Below, piece by piece: positions 17,283 to 25,434 of a DNA stretch of 64,000 nucleotides. The stretch's first letter is position 1. Each line of letters starts with the position of its first letter. The DNA lies in assembly GCA_938046115.1 (NCBI GenBank), contig CALIXX010000002.1, positions 4,029 through 68,028 on the forward strand, read 5' to 3'. Below the pieces are notes generated by a model. It searched no databases and was not told where the DNA came from. It worked only from the letters and a program-made list of their open reading frames with translations. Source of the stretch: an uncultured Candidatus Saccharibacteria bacterium. GTDB lineage: Bacteria > Patescibacteriota > Saccharimonadia > Saccharimonadales > Saccharimonadaceae. The translations under genes and the position numbers were made by a program.

Positions 17283-17768
17283 TCACTTTTTCTTATGTGG
17301 TTTTGCGCCCTTTGTGCGAGCCACGAGCGTGTCAACAAGAGCACATGCAAACCCCATCGTTACAACCACTGCATGAGACCCATCCAGCACTGCCATAATC
17401 GTCTTGCTTGTCTCATCAACTGGTGGTACGAGACTACTCAGCGCACCAAACAGTACATACACTGCCACAACACCAAAGATCAGTGAGCCACCAATGCGCC
17501 ACCAGCGCTGACTCACCACCGAGCCGCAACACACCAGCACCACAGCTGGTAGCACCGTCAGCACAATCGTCACCACTGCAAGCAAAGCAGATCGGTCAAT
17601 GCCTATGCCAACCCCAGCAGCATACGGCACGACATCTGCCGCCCACAGCTGTGTCATTACCATACCAACCGCCAGGCCTATTACTGGTAGCCCAAAATGC
17701 CGCTTCGCTACATATACCAAACCAGCCAAAACTACAGCCATGCCAACAAGCAATCCAAGCAACATCAT
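17283..17768 (-). CDS. Hypothetical polytopic membrane protein
   Basis: Four to five hydrophobic helices. Start moved to MMLLGLLVG because the tracked N-terminus MSWYNSG is a TGGTATAAT box. Confidence 0.5.
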   Translation of the reverse strand: MMLLGLLVGMAVVLAGLVYVAKRHFGLPVIGLAVGMVMTQLWAADVVPYAAGVGIGIDRSALLAVVTIVLTVLPAVVLVCCGSVVSQRWWRIGGSLIFGVVAVYVLFGALSSLVPPVDETSKTIMAVLDGSHAVVVTMGFACALVDTLVARTKGAKPHKKK

Positions 17769-17774
17769 ACCACT

Positions 17775-17783
17775 ATTATACCA
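17775..17783 (-). promoter_or_regulatory. Extended -10 (TGGTATAAT) 6 nt upstream of the ATG at 17768
   Basis: The minus strand reads TGGTATAAT-AGTGGT-ATG. Confidence 0.45.
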
Positions 17784-17834
17784 TGACATCGATTCAACAT
17801 AAGCGTTATGAGAAACGCCAATACGTTTGGATAG

Positions 17835-18752
17835 CTATGCTCCAACGCGATCCTTCTTGTGCTGCCGCTTCGCATTGCGCTCAATATATTCAATGATCGG
17901 TTTGGCTACATTGCGCCGCGTAATTTTCTCTATCCCAAAGCCTGGGCTCGCATTGACCTCAAGCACTAGCGGCCCACGGCTCGAGCGCATAAAGTCAACA
18001 CCCGCTACCGTCAGACCCATCGCCTTAGCCGCTCGCAAACACATACGGCGCTCGGCATCTGTTAAGCGGATCGGCGTTCCTTCGCCTCCCTTATGGAGGT
18101 TAGATCGAAAGTCGTCATCTAGGCTCTGGCGCTTCATACTCGCCACTACACGACTCCCCACCACGAAGGCGCGGATGTCTACTCCAGCTGACTCACGAAT
18201 AAATTCTTGCAACAGGATGTTTGTCCCATCCTCGTTGGTGAGATACAACGCCTGAAGCACTGACTTTGCCGCCTTCTTCGTCTCCGCTAGCACCACACCA
18301 TTGCCATGAGTACCACGAGCGAGTTTGATGATAACTGGCGTACCACCAAGTTCGTTAAGGAGATCGTCTATATCGGCTGAGTTGCGGCTAAACACTGTCT
18401 TAGGAATAGCTACTCCACCTCGGGCTAGTAGCTGTGTCGAACGCAGTTTATCGCGCGCCCGGGTAATCGCAATCGAGCGATTAACAAAAAGTGTGCGTGG
18501 GTACGCCATTTCTAATTGGCGCGCCACTGCTGTACCGTAGCGAGTCATATAGCTTGCAATGCGCGGAATTATTGCATCATACTGATCGATTGCTTCACCA
18601 TCATACATCACCGTTGGGTTCTTCTCATCAATCGTTACATAGCATTTGCGGTATTTAATCACTCTCACACTATGTCCACGCCTCTCCGCCTCTTCCTTGA
18701 GGCGAAGCGTTGAGTAGTTCACATTGCCATTACTGAGTATTGCGATTTTCAC
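17835..18752 (-). CDS. rimK: RimK-type alpha-L-glutamate ligase (ATP-grasp)
   Basis: MKIAILSNG...LKEEAERRGH; ATP-grasp core PVIIKLARGTHGNGVVL, GVDFM...LVLEVNASPG. The start overlaps the upstream gene by 4 nt. Confidence 0.88.
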   Translation of the reverse strand: MKIAILSNGNVNYSTLRLKEEAERRGHSVRVIKYRKCYVTIDEKNPTVMYDGEAIDQYDAIIPRIASYMTRYGTAVARQLEMAYPRTLFVNRSIAITRARDKLRSTQLLARGGVAIPKTVFSRNSADIDDLLNELGGTPVIIKLARGTHGNGVVLAETKKAAKSVLQALYLTNEDGTNILLQEFIRESAGVDIRAFVVGSRVVASMKRQSLDDDFRSNLHKGGEGTPIRLTDAERRMCLRAAKAMGLTVAGVDFMRSSRGPLVLEVNASPGFGIEKITRRNVAKPIIEYIERNAKRQHKKDRVGA

Positions 18753-19261
18753 TTTTCTGACCTCTCCTTATGGTATTTTTTATAGAATTTATGCGGATTT
18801 CTTTTGAGCTCTCTGTTGAGTTTTTGAGTGTATTTTTGCTTTACGCTATCTATCTCGCCTTTGCGGACGTCAACTAAGAATCTTCCTTTATGCAAAGTAC
18901 GCCTTCCAATTAATACAGGGAAATTATGAAGTGATCGATCAGATAAACCAAATAAGACACGAAGTTTCCTCCCTCCAATGTGTACCGTAAAGTAAGTACG
19001 ATACTTTATCACCTGGTGCCCAGAAGCACTTCGCACAGCAGCAACAGAATACTCGGTTCGTTTAATTAATTTGCCTGTGTAATATGGCGAACCTTCGCCA
19101 AACAGAGAAAAACGTAACACACCATCCTTGCCAACCCTAATGTTGCTCGCCCACACTGCTGAATTATCTGCACCAGTATCTACCTTGGCTGGCACATCCA
19201 TCCGCTGGCTAAAGTGAATCCTTACATTGCGGCCAATAATAATCCTCTTTCGTTGCTTCAT
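18749..19261 (-). CDS. RimB-like retropepsin-fold protease (family annotated as putative ATP-dependent zinc protease / DUF785)
   Basis: 170 aa with the aspartyl-protease motif VDTGADNS. It lies directly upstream of rimK with 4-nt overlaps on both sides. Confidence 0.7.
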   Translation of the reverse strand: MKQRKRIIIGRNVRIHFSQRMDVPAKVDTGADNSAVWASNIRVGKDGVLRFSLFGEGSPYYTGKLIKRTEYSVAAVRSASGHQVIKYRTYFTVHIGGRKLRVLFGLSDRSLHNFPVLIGRRTLHKGRFLVDVRKGEIDSVKQKYTQKLNRELKRNPHKFYKKYHKERSEK

Positions 19262-20169
19262 AGACTTTTATTACTTGATAAATATTCAGCTACCATCTCG
19301 CTATATGCGATCATCTTTTCATCATTACATACACCAGTTGCAATCTGTGGCGCTCTATTAACCTCAAGAATATAATATTCACCAGTAGTTATGTCCTGTA
19401 TAATATCAACACCCGCTACCTCCAGCTGTTCTATCTTTGCTGCTTGCTCTGCCTTATCTATGATGTCTCGTGGAAAATTTTTAGCATTGATTACCTCTGC
19501 TGAACCACCTTGTGATGTATTGTTGAGATATGAGCCTTCTTTTCCTTTTCTTAGCAAGATTAACCTTACCTTGCCCCCTAATACAAGGAACCGATAATCT
19601 CCTCTATTGGGAATATATTCTTGAGCAATCATAGTAGTATTCTGAAGCCGCTGTAGTACGTCTTGCATCTCTTCAAGAGACTGTATTAAGAAATTATCTC
19701 GACCTTTCTTACCATTGTCTGCTTTAAGTACAAAAGGTGGTCGCAGTTTACTATTCTTTATCGCTGTCGCTATAAATAGTTGACTTGCATACACTGTTTT
19801 AGGTACAGGTAGGTACTTTTGTCTTGCAAATGAACATGCTAGTTTGCCCTTACCTTGAGTCAGTAGATAGCTATCTGTAAATGGCGTGCCTTTTTGGTCT
19901 AGATAATGTGCTACTGCAATACCACGTTCAAGCTCATCACCTACTGTTCTTATTAGAACAAGATCAAAGTTAGCAATATCATAACCATCGATAGGGTGGT
20001 AGATTGCAGAACATCCTCCACCAGACACATAAACCAGTTGATTAAAAGCGGTTATCTGCACCTCTACATCACCTAGCAACCGCTGTAGCCACCTACTAAG
20101 CCCATACCAATTAAAACTGTTCTCATCCTTTGGTTTTTTACTAACAATTATCAAAACCTTCTTTTTCAT
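19258..20169 (-). CDS. Second RimK-like ATP-grasp ligase
   Basis: ATP-grasp core PFVLKADNGKKGRD, IAQEYIP, GVDIIQD...YILEVNRAPQ. SD AGGAGA lies upstream. Confidence 0.7.
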   Translation of the reverse strand: MKKKVLIIVSKKPKDENSFNWYGLSRWLQRLLGDVEVQITAFNQLVYVSGGGCSAIYHPIDGYDIANFDLVLIRTVGDELERGIAVAHYLDQKGTPFTDSYLLTQGKGKLACSFARQKYLPVPKTVYASQLFIATAIKNSKLRPPFVLKADNGKKGRDNFLIQSLEEMQDVLQRLQNTTMIAQEYIPNRGDYRFLVLGGKVRLILLRKGKEGSYLNNTSQGGSAEVINAKNFPRDIIDKAEQAAKIEQLEVAGVDIIQDITTGEYYILEVNRAPQIATGVCNDEKMIAYSEMVAEYLSSNKSL

Positions 20170-20280
20170 GGTTTTCTCCTACTCACCACGACATTTCAGA
20201 CTACACGCTGTCATCTATATCGTACCAATAGTAACATACTATACGATAATTAGTGAACTTATTAAAATATATAAAACAAT

Positions 20281-20321
20281 AAAATCTACTAAAAACTCCT
20301 GTCTCAAGGAGCTTTTAGTAG
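20281..20321 (-). terminator. Rho-independent terminator downstream of dnaJ
   Basis: A 14-bp stem with one G:U pair. The minus strand reads CTACTAAAAGCTCC-TTGAGACA-GGAGTTTTTAGTAG followed by ATTTTATTGTTTT. Confidence 0.6.
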
Positions 20322-20343
20322 ATCGCGTCATCGGCTTGCTACA

Positions 20344-21465
20344 CTACAGCCCAAATATCCCCTTCCGCCCTAACGTGTCATTAAACTCGCGAAGGATTTC
20401 CTTCTGGCGGCGGTTTAGTTTGGTTGGGGTATCGACCACTACTGTCACGATATGGGGGCCACGCTTGTCGCTTCGCATGTGTGGCACGCCATGGCCAGAT
20501 AACTTGAAGTCTGTGCCCGATTGTGTACCAGCTGGCACCTTCATTGTAATCGTCCCATCGACTGTCTTAACGTCGAGCTCGGCACCAAGCGCTGCATCTG
20601 CCATACCGATATGCTCCTCACTCAGGATTACATCACCTTCGCGGCTAAACGTCTTGTGTGGATTGACTCGCACCTGCACATAGAGGTCGCCCTTGCTGCC
20701 ACCACCTACAGCTTCGCCACGACCACGGAGACGAATCGTCGAGCCATTATCAATACCAGCGGGGATCTTGACGGTAATCGTTTGCTCGCGGCGCTGCACA
20801 CCGCTACCTTGGCAGACTGTACAGGCCTTCTCAGGAATCTGCCCACGGCCTTGGCATGTCTCACACGTTACCGCCTGCTGAATGGGGCCAAACATTGTGT
20901 TCATCGTCCGCACGCGCTGGCCAGTGCCTTTACAATCTGGACAACTCTTAAGGCTTGAGCCAGGTTCGACGGTGCTACCGTGGCAATGCTCACATTCGTC
21001 GTCAAGCGTTAGTGCAAGAGCGACTTCTTTGCCAAAGATCGCTTCTTCAAATTCGAGCGTCACGCTCGTCTCAACATCACGACCGCGTGACGGGCCTTGG
21101 CTTGCACTGCCGCCAGCAGCACCACCAAAGAACTGGCCAAAGATATCTCCCAGGCCACCATCACCAAAATCAAAGTGGATATTCTGCCCCTGGCCAAAGT
21201 CGCCAAAACCAGCGAATGGGTTACCGCCACCACTACCGCTGGCACCACCACCAACGCCCGCATGGCCAAATTGGTCATACCGCTGGCGCTTTTGCTTGTC
21301 CTTCAGGACCTCATACGCTTCATTAATTTCTTTGAATTTCTCTTCACTCCCACCCGCTTTATCTGGGTGGTACTTCACTGCCAATTTGCGGAATGCCCGC
21401 TTGATGTCATCATCGCTGGCGCTTTTGGCAACACCAAGCACCTCATAATAATCTCGCTTCGCCAT
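20344..21465 (-). CDS. dnaJ: Molecular chaperone DnaJ (type I Hsp40)
   Basis: J domain DYYEVLGV...KYHPDK, a G/F-rich linker, and four CxxCxG zinc-finger repeats (CEHCHG, CPDCKG, CETCQG, CTVCQG). Start at MAKRDYY. Confidence 0.95.
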   Translation of the reverse strand: MAKRDYYEVLGVAKSASDDDIKRAFRKLAVKYHPDKAGGSEEKFKEINEAYEVLKDKQKRQRYDQFGHAGVGGGASGSGGGNPFAGFGDFGQGQNIHFDFGDGGLGDIFGQFFGGAAGGSASQGPSRGRDVETSVTLEFEEAIFGKEVALALTLDDECEHCHGSTVEPGSSLKSCPDCKGTGQRVRTMNTMFGPIQQAVTCETCQGRGQIPEKACTVCQGSGVQRREQTITVKIPAGIDNGSTIRLRGRGEAVGGGSKGDLYVQVRVNPHKTFSREGDVILSEEHIGMADAALGAELDVKTVDGTITMKVPAGTQSGTDFKLSGHGVPHMRSDKRGPHIVTVVVDTPTKLNRRQKEILREFNDTLGRKGIFGL

Positions 21466-21474
21466 ATCTGTCTT

Positions 21475-21503
21475 AGTATAGCCAATTGGCACTCTAATTG
21501 CAA
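21475..21503 (-). promoter_or_regulatory. Promoter TTGCAA-N17-TATACT for dnaJ
   Basis: -35 is at 21498-21503 and -10 at 21475-21480 (minus strand). The ATG lies 9 nt downstream of the -10. Confidence 0.55.
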
Positions 21504-21512
21504 GAGTGCTAA
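21486..21512. promoter_or_regulatory. CIRCE operator (HrcA binding site)
   Basis: TTGGCACTC-TAATTGCAA-GAGTGCTAA matches the consensus TTAGCACTC-N9-GAGTGCTAA at 17 of 18 positions. It overlaps the dnaJ -35. Confidence 0.8.
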
Positions 21513-21523
21513 CAGATCATTCC

Positions 21524-22195
21524 TTATGTTTCGGCGATGATCGATATATAGTCGTGTTTCGTAACGATAAGGTGGTCGAGCAGCTGGATGCCAAGCAGCT
21601 TACCCGCCTCGGCCAAACGCTGCGTTGTCTCTCGGTCAGCCTGGCTTGCGATAAGCTGCCCACTAGGATGATTATGCGCCACAATAATCCCTGCTGCTCG
21701 GTCGGCAATTGCATCCGTAAAGACTTCTCGTGGGTGCACCAAGCTCGCAGTTAGTGTGCCAATGGTAATCGTGCGTTTAGCAATCAAGCGATGTGCTCCA
21801 TCAAGCGTCAGGCAGACAAAATGCTCCTGCCGTTTGTCGCGAATATCGGTAAGTTGCTCTGCTGCTTTGCTCGGCTCATCAATGATAGGCTGGTCACTTT
21901 TGAGCAGATAGCGCCGTGCAAGCTCAAAATTCGCGAGAATCACTGTCACCTTAGCCGCACCGAGGCCAGTTATCTTAGAGAGCTCCTCATGAGTTAGGTC
22001 ACCCCCATGTGTGCGCAAAGCTTTAAGTACACAGCGCGCAATTTTACCAACGTCAGCTTGTGCATTACCACTGCCGATAATCGCCATAAGGAGCTCGAGG
22101 TCACTCAGGCGAGCTGCTCCATCGCGCGCAAGTTTCTCTCGCGGGCGGTCACTTGGTCGTCTGTCGCGCATTCGCATTGGCATCTCTCCCTTCAT
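21524..22195 (-). CDS. radC: RadC-like JAB-domain protein (UPF0758)
   Basis: N-terminal RPREKL, HhH region, JAMM-like motif VAHNHPSG. The start is ambiguous among Met21, 25, 27 and 29 of the tracked ORF. TGGTATACT lies at 22210-22218. Confidence 0.85.
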   Translation of the reverse strand: MKGEMPMRMRDRRPSDRPREKLARDGAARLSDLELLMAIIGSGNAQADVGKIARCVLKALRTHGGDLTHEELSKITGLGAAKVTVILANFELARRYLLKSDQPIIDEPSKAAEQLTDIRDKRQEHFVCLTLDGAHRLIAKRTITIGTLTASLVHPREVFTDAIADRAAGIIVAHNHPSGQLIASQADRETTQRLAEAGKLLGIQLLDHLIVTKHDYISIIAET

Positions 22196-22328
22196 GCTAT
22201 ACCTTTTATAGTATACCAGAACATTGTGCAAACACCAATTATATATTTTCATCATTCAGCGCAGATACAGTTCCTACTCTTAAGATCCAGTTTACAGTTG
22301 CTTCAGGTCTTATTTACTGTAGTATCTG

Positions 22329-23672
22329 TTATGACCAAACTACTGCTTTCCCGTCTAGCGTGTATACTGTCTGGCCAGTTTTATTATCAATAATATGCGT
22401 TTTGGTGGAGCTACCAGCGGTGCTTTTTTGCTCAATGGCGGTATATTGATCATTTGGCGACACAGTGATGTTTGTTGTATATGCCGGTGGTGTTGTCTGA
22501 TGAATCACTTGCCTAGTGGGGTGGGTAAGCACTGTTTGGCGCTGCAATATGTGCTGTTGATTAACACTTGTTATCTCCATACTATAGCCACTGCGGGTGT
22601 GTAAGAATGCAGCTAATGATATGACGTCGTTTCCTTGTTGGTGAGTAATGGGCGATTTTTTGCTATTTTCTAAGTTGAGTGCAAAATACCCCTCGCCTAC
22701 TTTCATCATGATAATATTCTTGCCATCATATGATACGTCGCCAAGCGTTGCTGCCTGGCCAAGCGGCTGCATAGCATGCTTGCCAGTCGGGTCAATAAGC
22801 AGTACATCATCACCGCGAGTTCGCACCACAACTGCTGCACCACGTGATACTGGGTGCCAATCATACACTGGTAATGGCTGCGCGTTAAGGCCACGTATAG
22901 TGTGGTGGCGCTGCGCTGCAATATCATGCACGATGAGATTAGTGGTCTTTTCTTTGCTGTCCGCCTTTGCAAAGAGATACCCTACCGTCCCATCATCCAT
23001 TGCTCGCAGGCGAGACACCGTACCCTTACCAGGCAACGGTAATGGCGATACAGTACCAGTCTCTATATCAACCTGATGCAATTCACTGGTTGTTGCATCA
23101 CTCATTGTGTGGACAACGATACGAGAGCCTACTACTGCATATTCGATAATTCGCGTCGCTTGGTAAAGTATCTTCTCATGCTTTGTTGCCAGATTCATCT
23201 GCATGATAGCATCCGTCGCTTGTGCGGCATAGAACTCCGTTTTTGTCTCGGCAAGGCTATGATGCTTGAGATAGTAGAGCTGTGCTGGCGGTGTATCAAA
23301 GCGGTAGCTGGCTGCTGTAGTCTGCTGTATAGAAGCACCCGTTATCTGAGCAATTGCCACGTGATACTGGGCGTTACTAAGCAAACGCTGCCGAAACTGA
23401 ATCGTCACAGTTGCATTGTTTGTCGTAGCTGTAAAGTCTGCCTGAGGTGTGATTTGTATTGCATGGGGTTCTATCGGCTTGACCGGCTGATTGAATTCCA
23501 ACTGGAGCGTCTGGTAGCCCATATTTGGATCATCTACGAGTACCGCGTTGCGTACGCGTGGGCCTTGTAAATAGCTGAGTGCTATGAGTGTGCTCAGTAT
23601 AATCAATAATCCAATCACGGCGAATAAAAATCGCTTCCGCTGGCATATCCAGCGCCAGCCCCTAGTATTCAT
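22329..23672 (-). CDS. Hypothetical membrane-anchored protein (Ig-like N-domain plus probable beta-propeller)
   Basis: Start at MNTRGWRW, preceded by AAGGAG and overlapping the upstream stop by 11 nt. One N-terminal TM helix. No family recognised with certainty. Confidence 0.5.
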   Translation of the reverse strand: MNTRGWRWICQRKRFLFAVIGLLIILSTLIALSYLQGPRVRNAVLVDDPNMGYQTLQLEFNQPVKPIEPHAIQITPQADFTATTNNATVTIQFRQRLLSNAQYHVAIAQITGASIQQTTAASYRFDTPPAQLYYLKHHSLAETKTEFYAAQATDAIMQMNLATKHEKILYQATRIIEYAVVGSRIVVHTMSDATTSELHQVDIETGTVSPLPLPGKGTVSRLRAMDDGTVGYLFAKADSKEKTTNLIVHDIAAQRHHTIRGLNAQPLPVYDWHPVSRGAAVVVRTRGDDVLLIDPTGKHAMQPLGQAATLGDVSYDGKNIIMMKVGEGYFALNLENSKKSPITHQQGNDVISLAAFLHTRSGYSMEITSVNQQHILQRQTVLTHPTRQVIHQTTPPAYTTNITVSPNDQYTAIEQKSTAGSSTKTHIIDNKTGQTVYTLDGKAVVWS

Positions 23673-24414
23673 ACGGCTCCTTTGGCTGAGTCGTTGGCGT
23701 GATCGAGCGCGGCATAACAACGATCGGCTGCTGACGATGTTGCTGTGGATGCGCGGCAAAGTCGCCCGTTACCGTTACCCAACTATTAGGCTGGTAGCGC
23801 TCACGCCACCCAGGTGCATAGACTGGCACGCCAACCGCCTGTGCATCGACCGCACAACACGTCACAACAAATCGAGACACATAAAAAATCTGCGCATCCG
23901 CCGCATCTGGCGTGACAAACCCCGTCAAATTGACTGTCTTGCCACGATAAAATGCGCTGTCATGCGTTTGCACGAGTAACCCTGCCCATTCTTTGATCGT
24001 GAGACGCGAATAATCTCGCTGAGCAAAGATAGATGCGTGCGATAGCTTCTCTGCAGACAGCTGAGCTGCTGCCCCTTTGTTAATACCACGTTGCGTGGCA
24101 GTTGTTGTCGTTAGTGCTGTCGGTGGGACAAGTAGTGCCATGGCTGCGACCATACATACCATCACACACGCGGTAGCGCGACGCCACCAAGCAAGGTGTG
24201 TATGCCGATGGGTGCGTGATTGCGTAATAACACTCGCACTTGCCATCACAAGAGCCACCACTGCCATACTAGTCGTAAAGACGATATACCGCTGATGAAT
24301 ATAGAGCGTCAAACGACCAGTCACAGCTAGCCACAGCGTCGCCACGGCAATGACAAAAAGGAGTAGTATACCTTGTTGCTGTGCAATCCGGGACAAAACC
24401 AGCCTAAAACGCAT
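23662..24414 (-). CDS. TIGR03943/DUF1980-like partner subunit of a two-component permease
   Basis: Three N-terminal TM helices plus a soluble C-domain. It overlaps the stop of the upstream UPF0718-type permease, the usual pairing for this family. Confidence 0.6.
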   Translation of the reverse strand: MRFRLVLSRIAQQQGILLLFVIAVATLWLAVTGRLTLYIHQRYIVFTTSMAVVALVMASASVITQSRTHRHTHLAWWRRATACVMVCMVAAMALLVPPTALTTTTATQRGINKGAAAQLSAEKLSHASIFAQRDYSRLTIKEWAGLLVQTHDSAFYRGKTVNLTGFVTPDAADAQIFYVSRFVVTCCAVDAQAVGVPVYAPGWRERYQPNSWVTVTGDFAAHPQQHRQQPIVVMPRSITPTTQPKEPYEY

Positions 24415-25396
24415 AATTCACCACCAATCCCAATGTTATCGATGCCAGTCCAACGAGTGCACTCACCTGAAACAGCACACTTGGCCGATATGTCGTGCGC
24501 AGCAAGCTCAGCATCTTGATATCAATCATTGGGCCAAAGGTTAAGAAACTCACAAGGGCCCCGGTCATAAAGGTCTGGCGGAATGCCAAGGCGAAGAACG
24601 CATCAACATTAGAGCAAATTGAAACAATAAACGCCAGTGCCACCATTGCAATTACCGACCATACTGGTTGACTCCCCAGTGACACCAATACCTCGCGCGA
24701 CACCAGCACTTGCACGAGACCCGCGAGCCCTGCGCCAACTACCAAGGCTGGCAGCATCACCTGCACCTCACGTCGAAATATCGCAAGGCTTGCTACTCGC
24801 TTGCTCTGTTGCACATGATCTGCCCGGCACGAAGCGACAAAAGTATTAGTCAATAGCTCTTCCGCCGGACGACGCGCATAGACCCAGCCAACAAGATTAG
24901 CAATAATAAAGCCACCAAGCACTCGCGCCCATAGTATGGTTGCATCCCCAGCGAATGCTTGCTGCGTTGTGATGATTGTCACTGGGTTGAGGATTGGTGC
25001 AGCAAGCAAAAAGACGAGAGATTCACTGGGTGTAAGCCCTTTTGCTAACAGGCCGCGCGCTAGGGGGACATTACCGCACTCACAGACTGGCAGTGCAGTA
25101 CCAAGGAGCGACAAACAAGCCCGGCGCAATAATGGCTGCTGCGGCAGATAGGTAAGCAAGCGCTCGGCTGGCAGCCACACCTGCACTATAATTGCAATGC
25201 AGATCCCCAACATGACAAATGGCAGCGCCTCGATCATCACGCTCAAACTCAGCGTTATCCAGTCTTGCAATCGATCAGGCAGCGACCACTGCCCTGTTTG
25301 CGCCGATACAAGGCGAAATGCGGCCAGCCCAACAAGCACCCCAGCCACTACCGCTCCGCGGTGCCACCGCTTCACCAACCAACGAGTCATTTTCAT
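24404..25396 (-). CDS. UPF0718/ArsP_1-type permease
   Basis: Polytopic membrane protein with the CxCG motif (LPVCECGNVP). Start moved to MKMTRWLV because the upstream codons are a TATAAT box. Confidence 0.72.
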   Translation of the reverse strand: MKMTRWLVKRWHRGAVVAGVLVGLAAFRLVSAQTGQWSLPDRLQDWITLSLSVMIEALPFVMLGICIAIIVQVWLPAERLLTYLPQQPLLRRACLSLLGTALPVCECGNVPLARGLLAKGLTPSESLVFLLAAPILNPVTIITTQQAFAGDATILWARVLGGFIIANLVGWVYARRPAEELLTNTFVASCRADHVQQSKRVASLAIFRREVQVMLPALVVGAGLAGLVQVLVSREVLVSLGSQPVWSVIAMVALAFIVSICSNVDAFFALAFRQTFMTGALVSFLTFGPMIDIKMLSLLRTTYRPSVLFQVSALVGLASITLGLVVNYAF

Positions 25397-25400
25397 GCTT

Positions 25401-25416
25401 CTATTATACCGCGAAG
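25401..25416 (-). promoter_or_regulatory. 16-nt motif CTTCGCGGTATAATAG (-10 at 25403-25408), 6 nt upstream of the permease ATG
   Basis: The minus strand reads CTTCGCGGTATAATAGAAGC-ATG, identical over 16 nt to the recX promoter. It lies inside the 3' end of pnkp. Confidence 0.5.
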
Positions 25417-25434
25417 GGTGAGGTAGTAATATGG

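Noticed and set aside
20882-21448. Long antisense ORFs overlapping real genes, for example 20882-21448(+) over dnaJ, 35505-35993(+) over the O-antigen-ligase-like gene and 52161-52883(+) over the flippase.
   Set aside because: Their translations are Pro/Arg/Ser/His-rich shadow frames of well-supported genes on the other strand. None has start signals.
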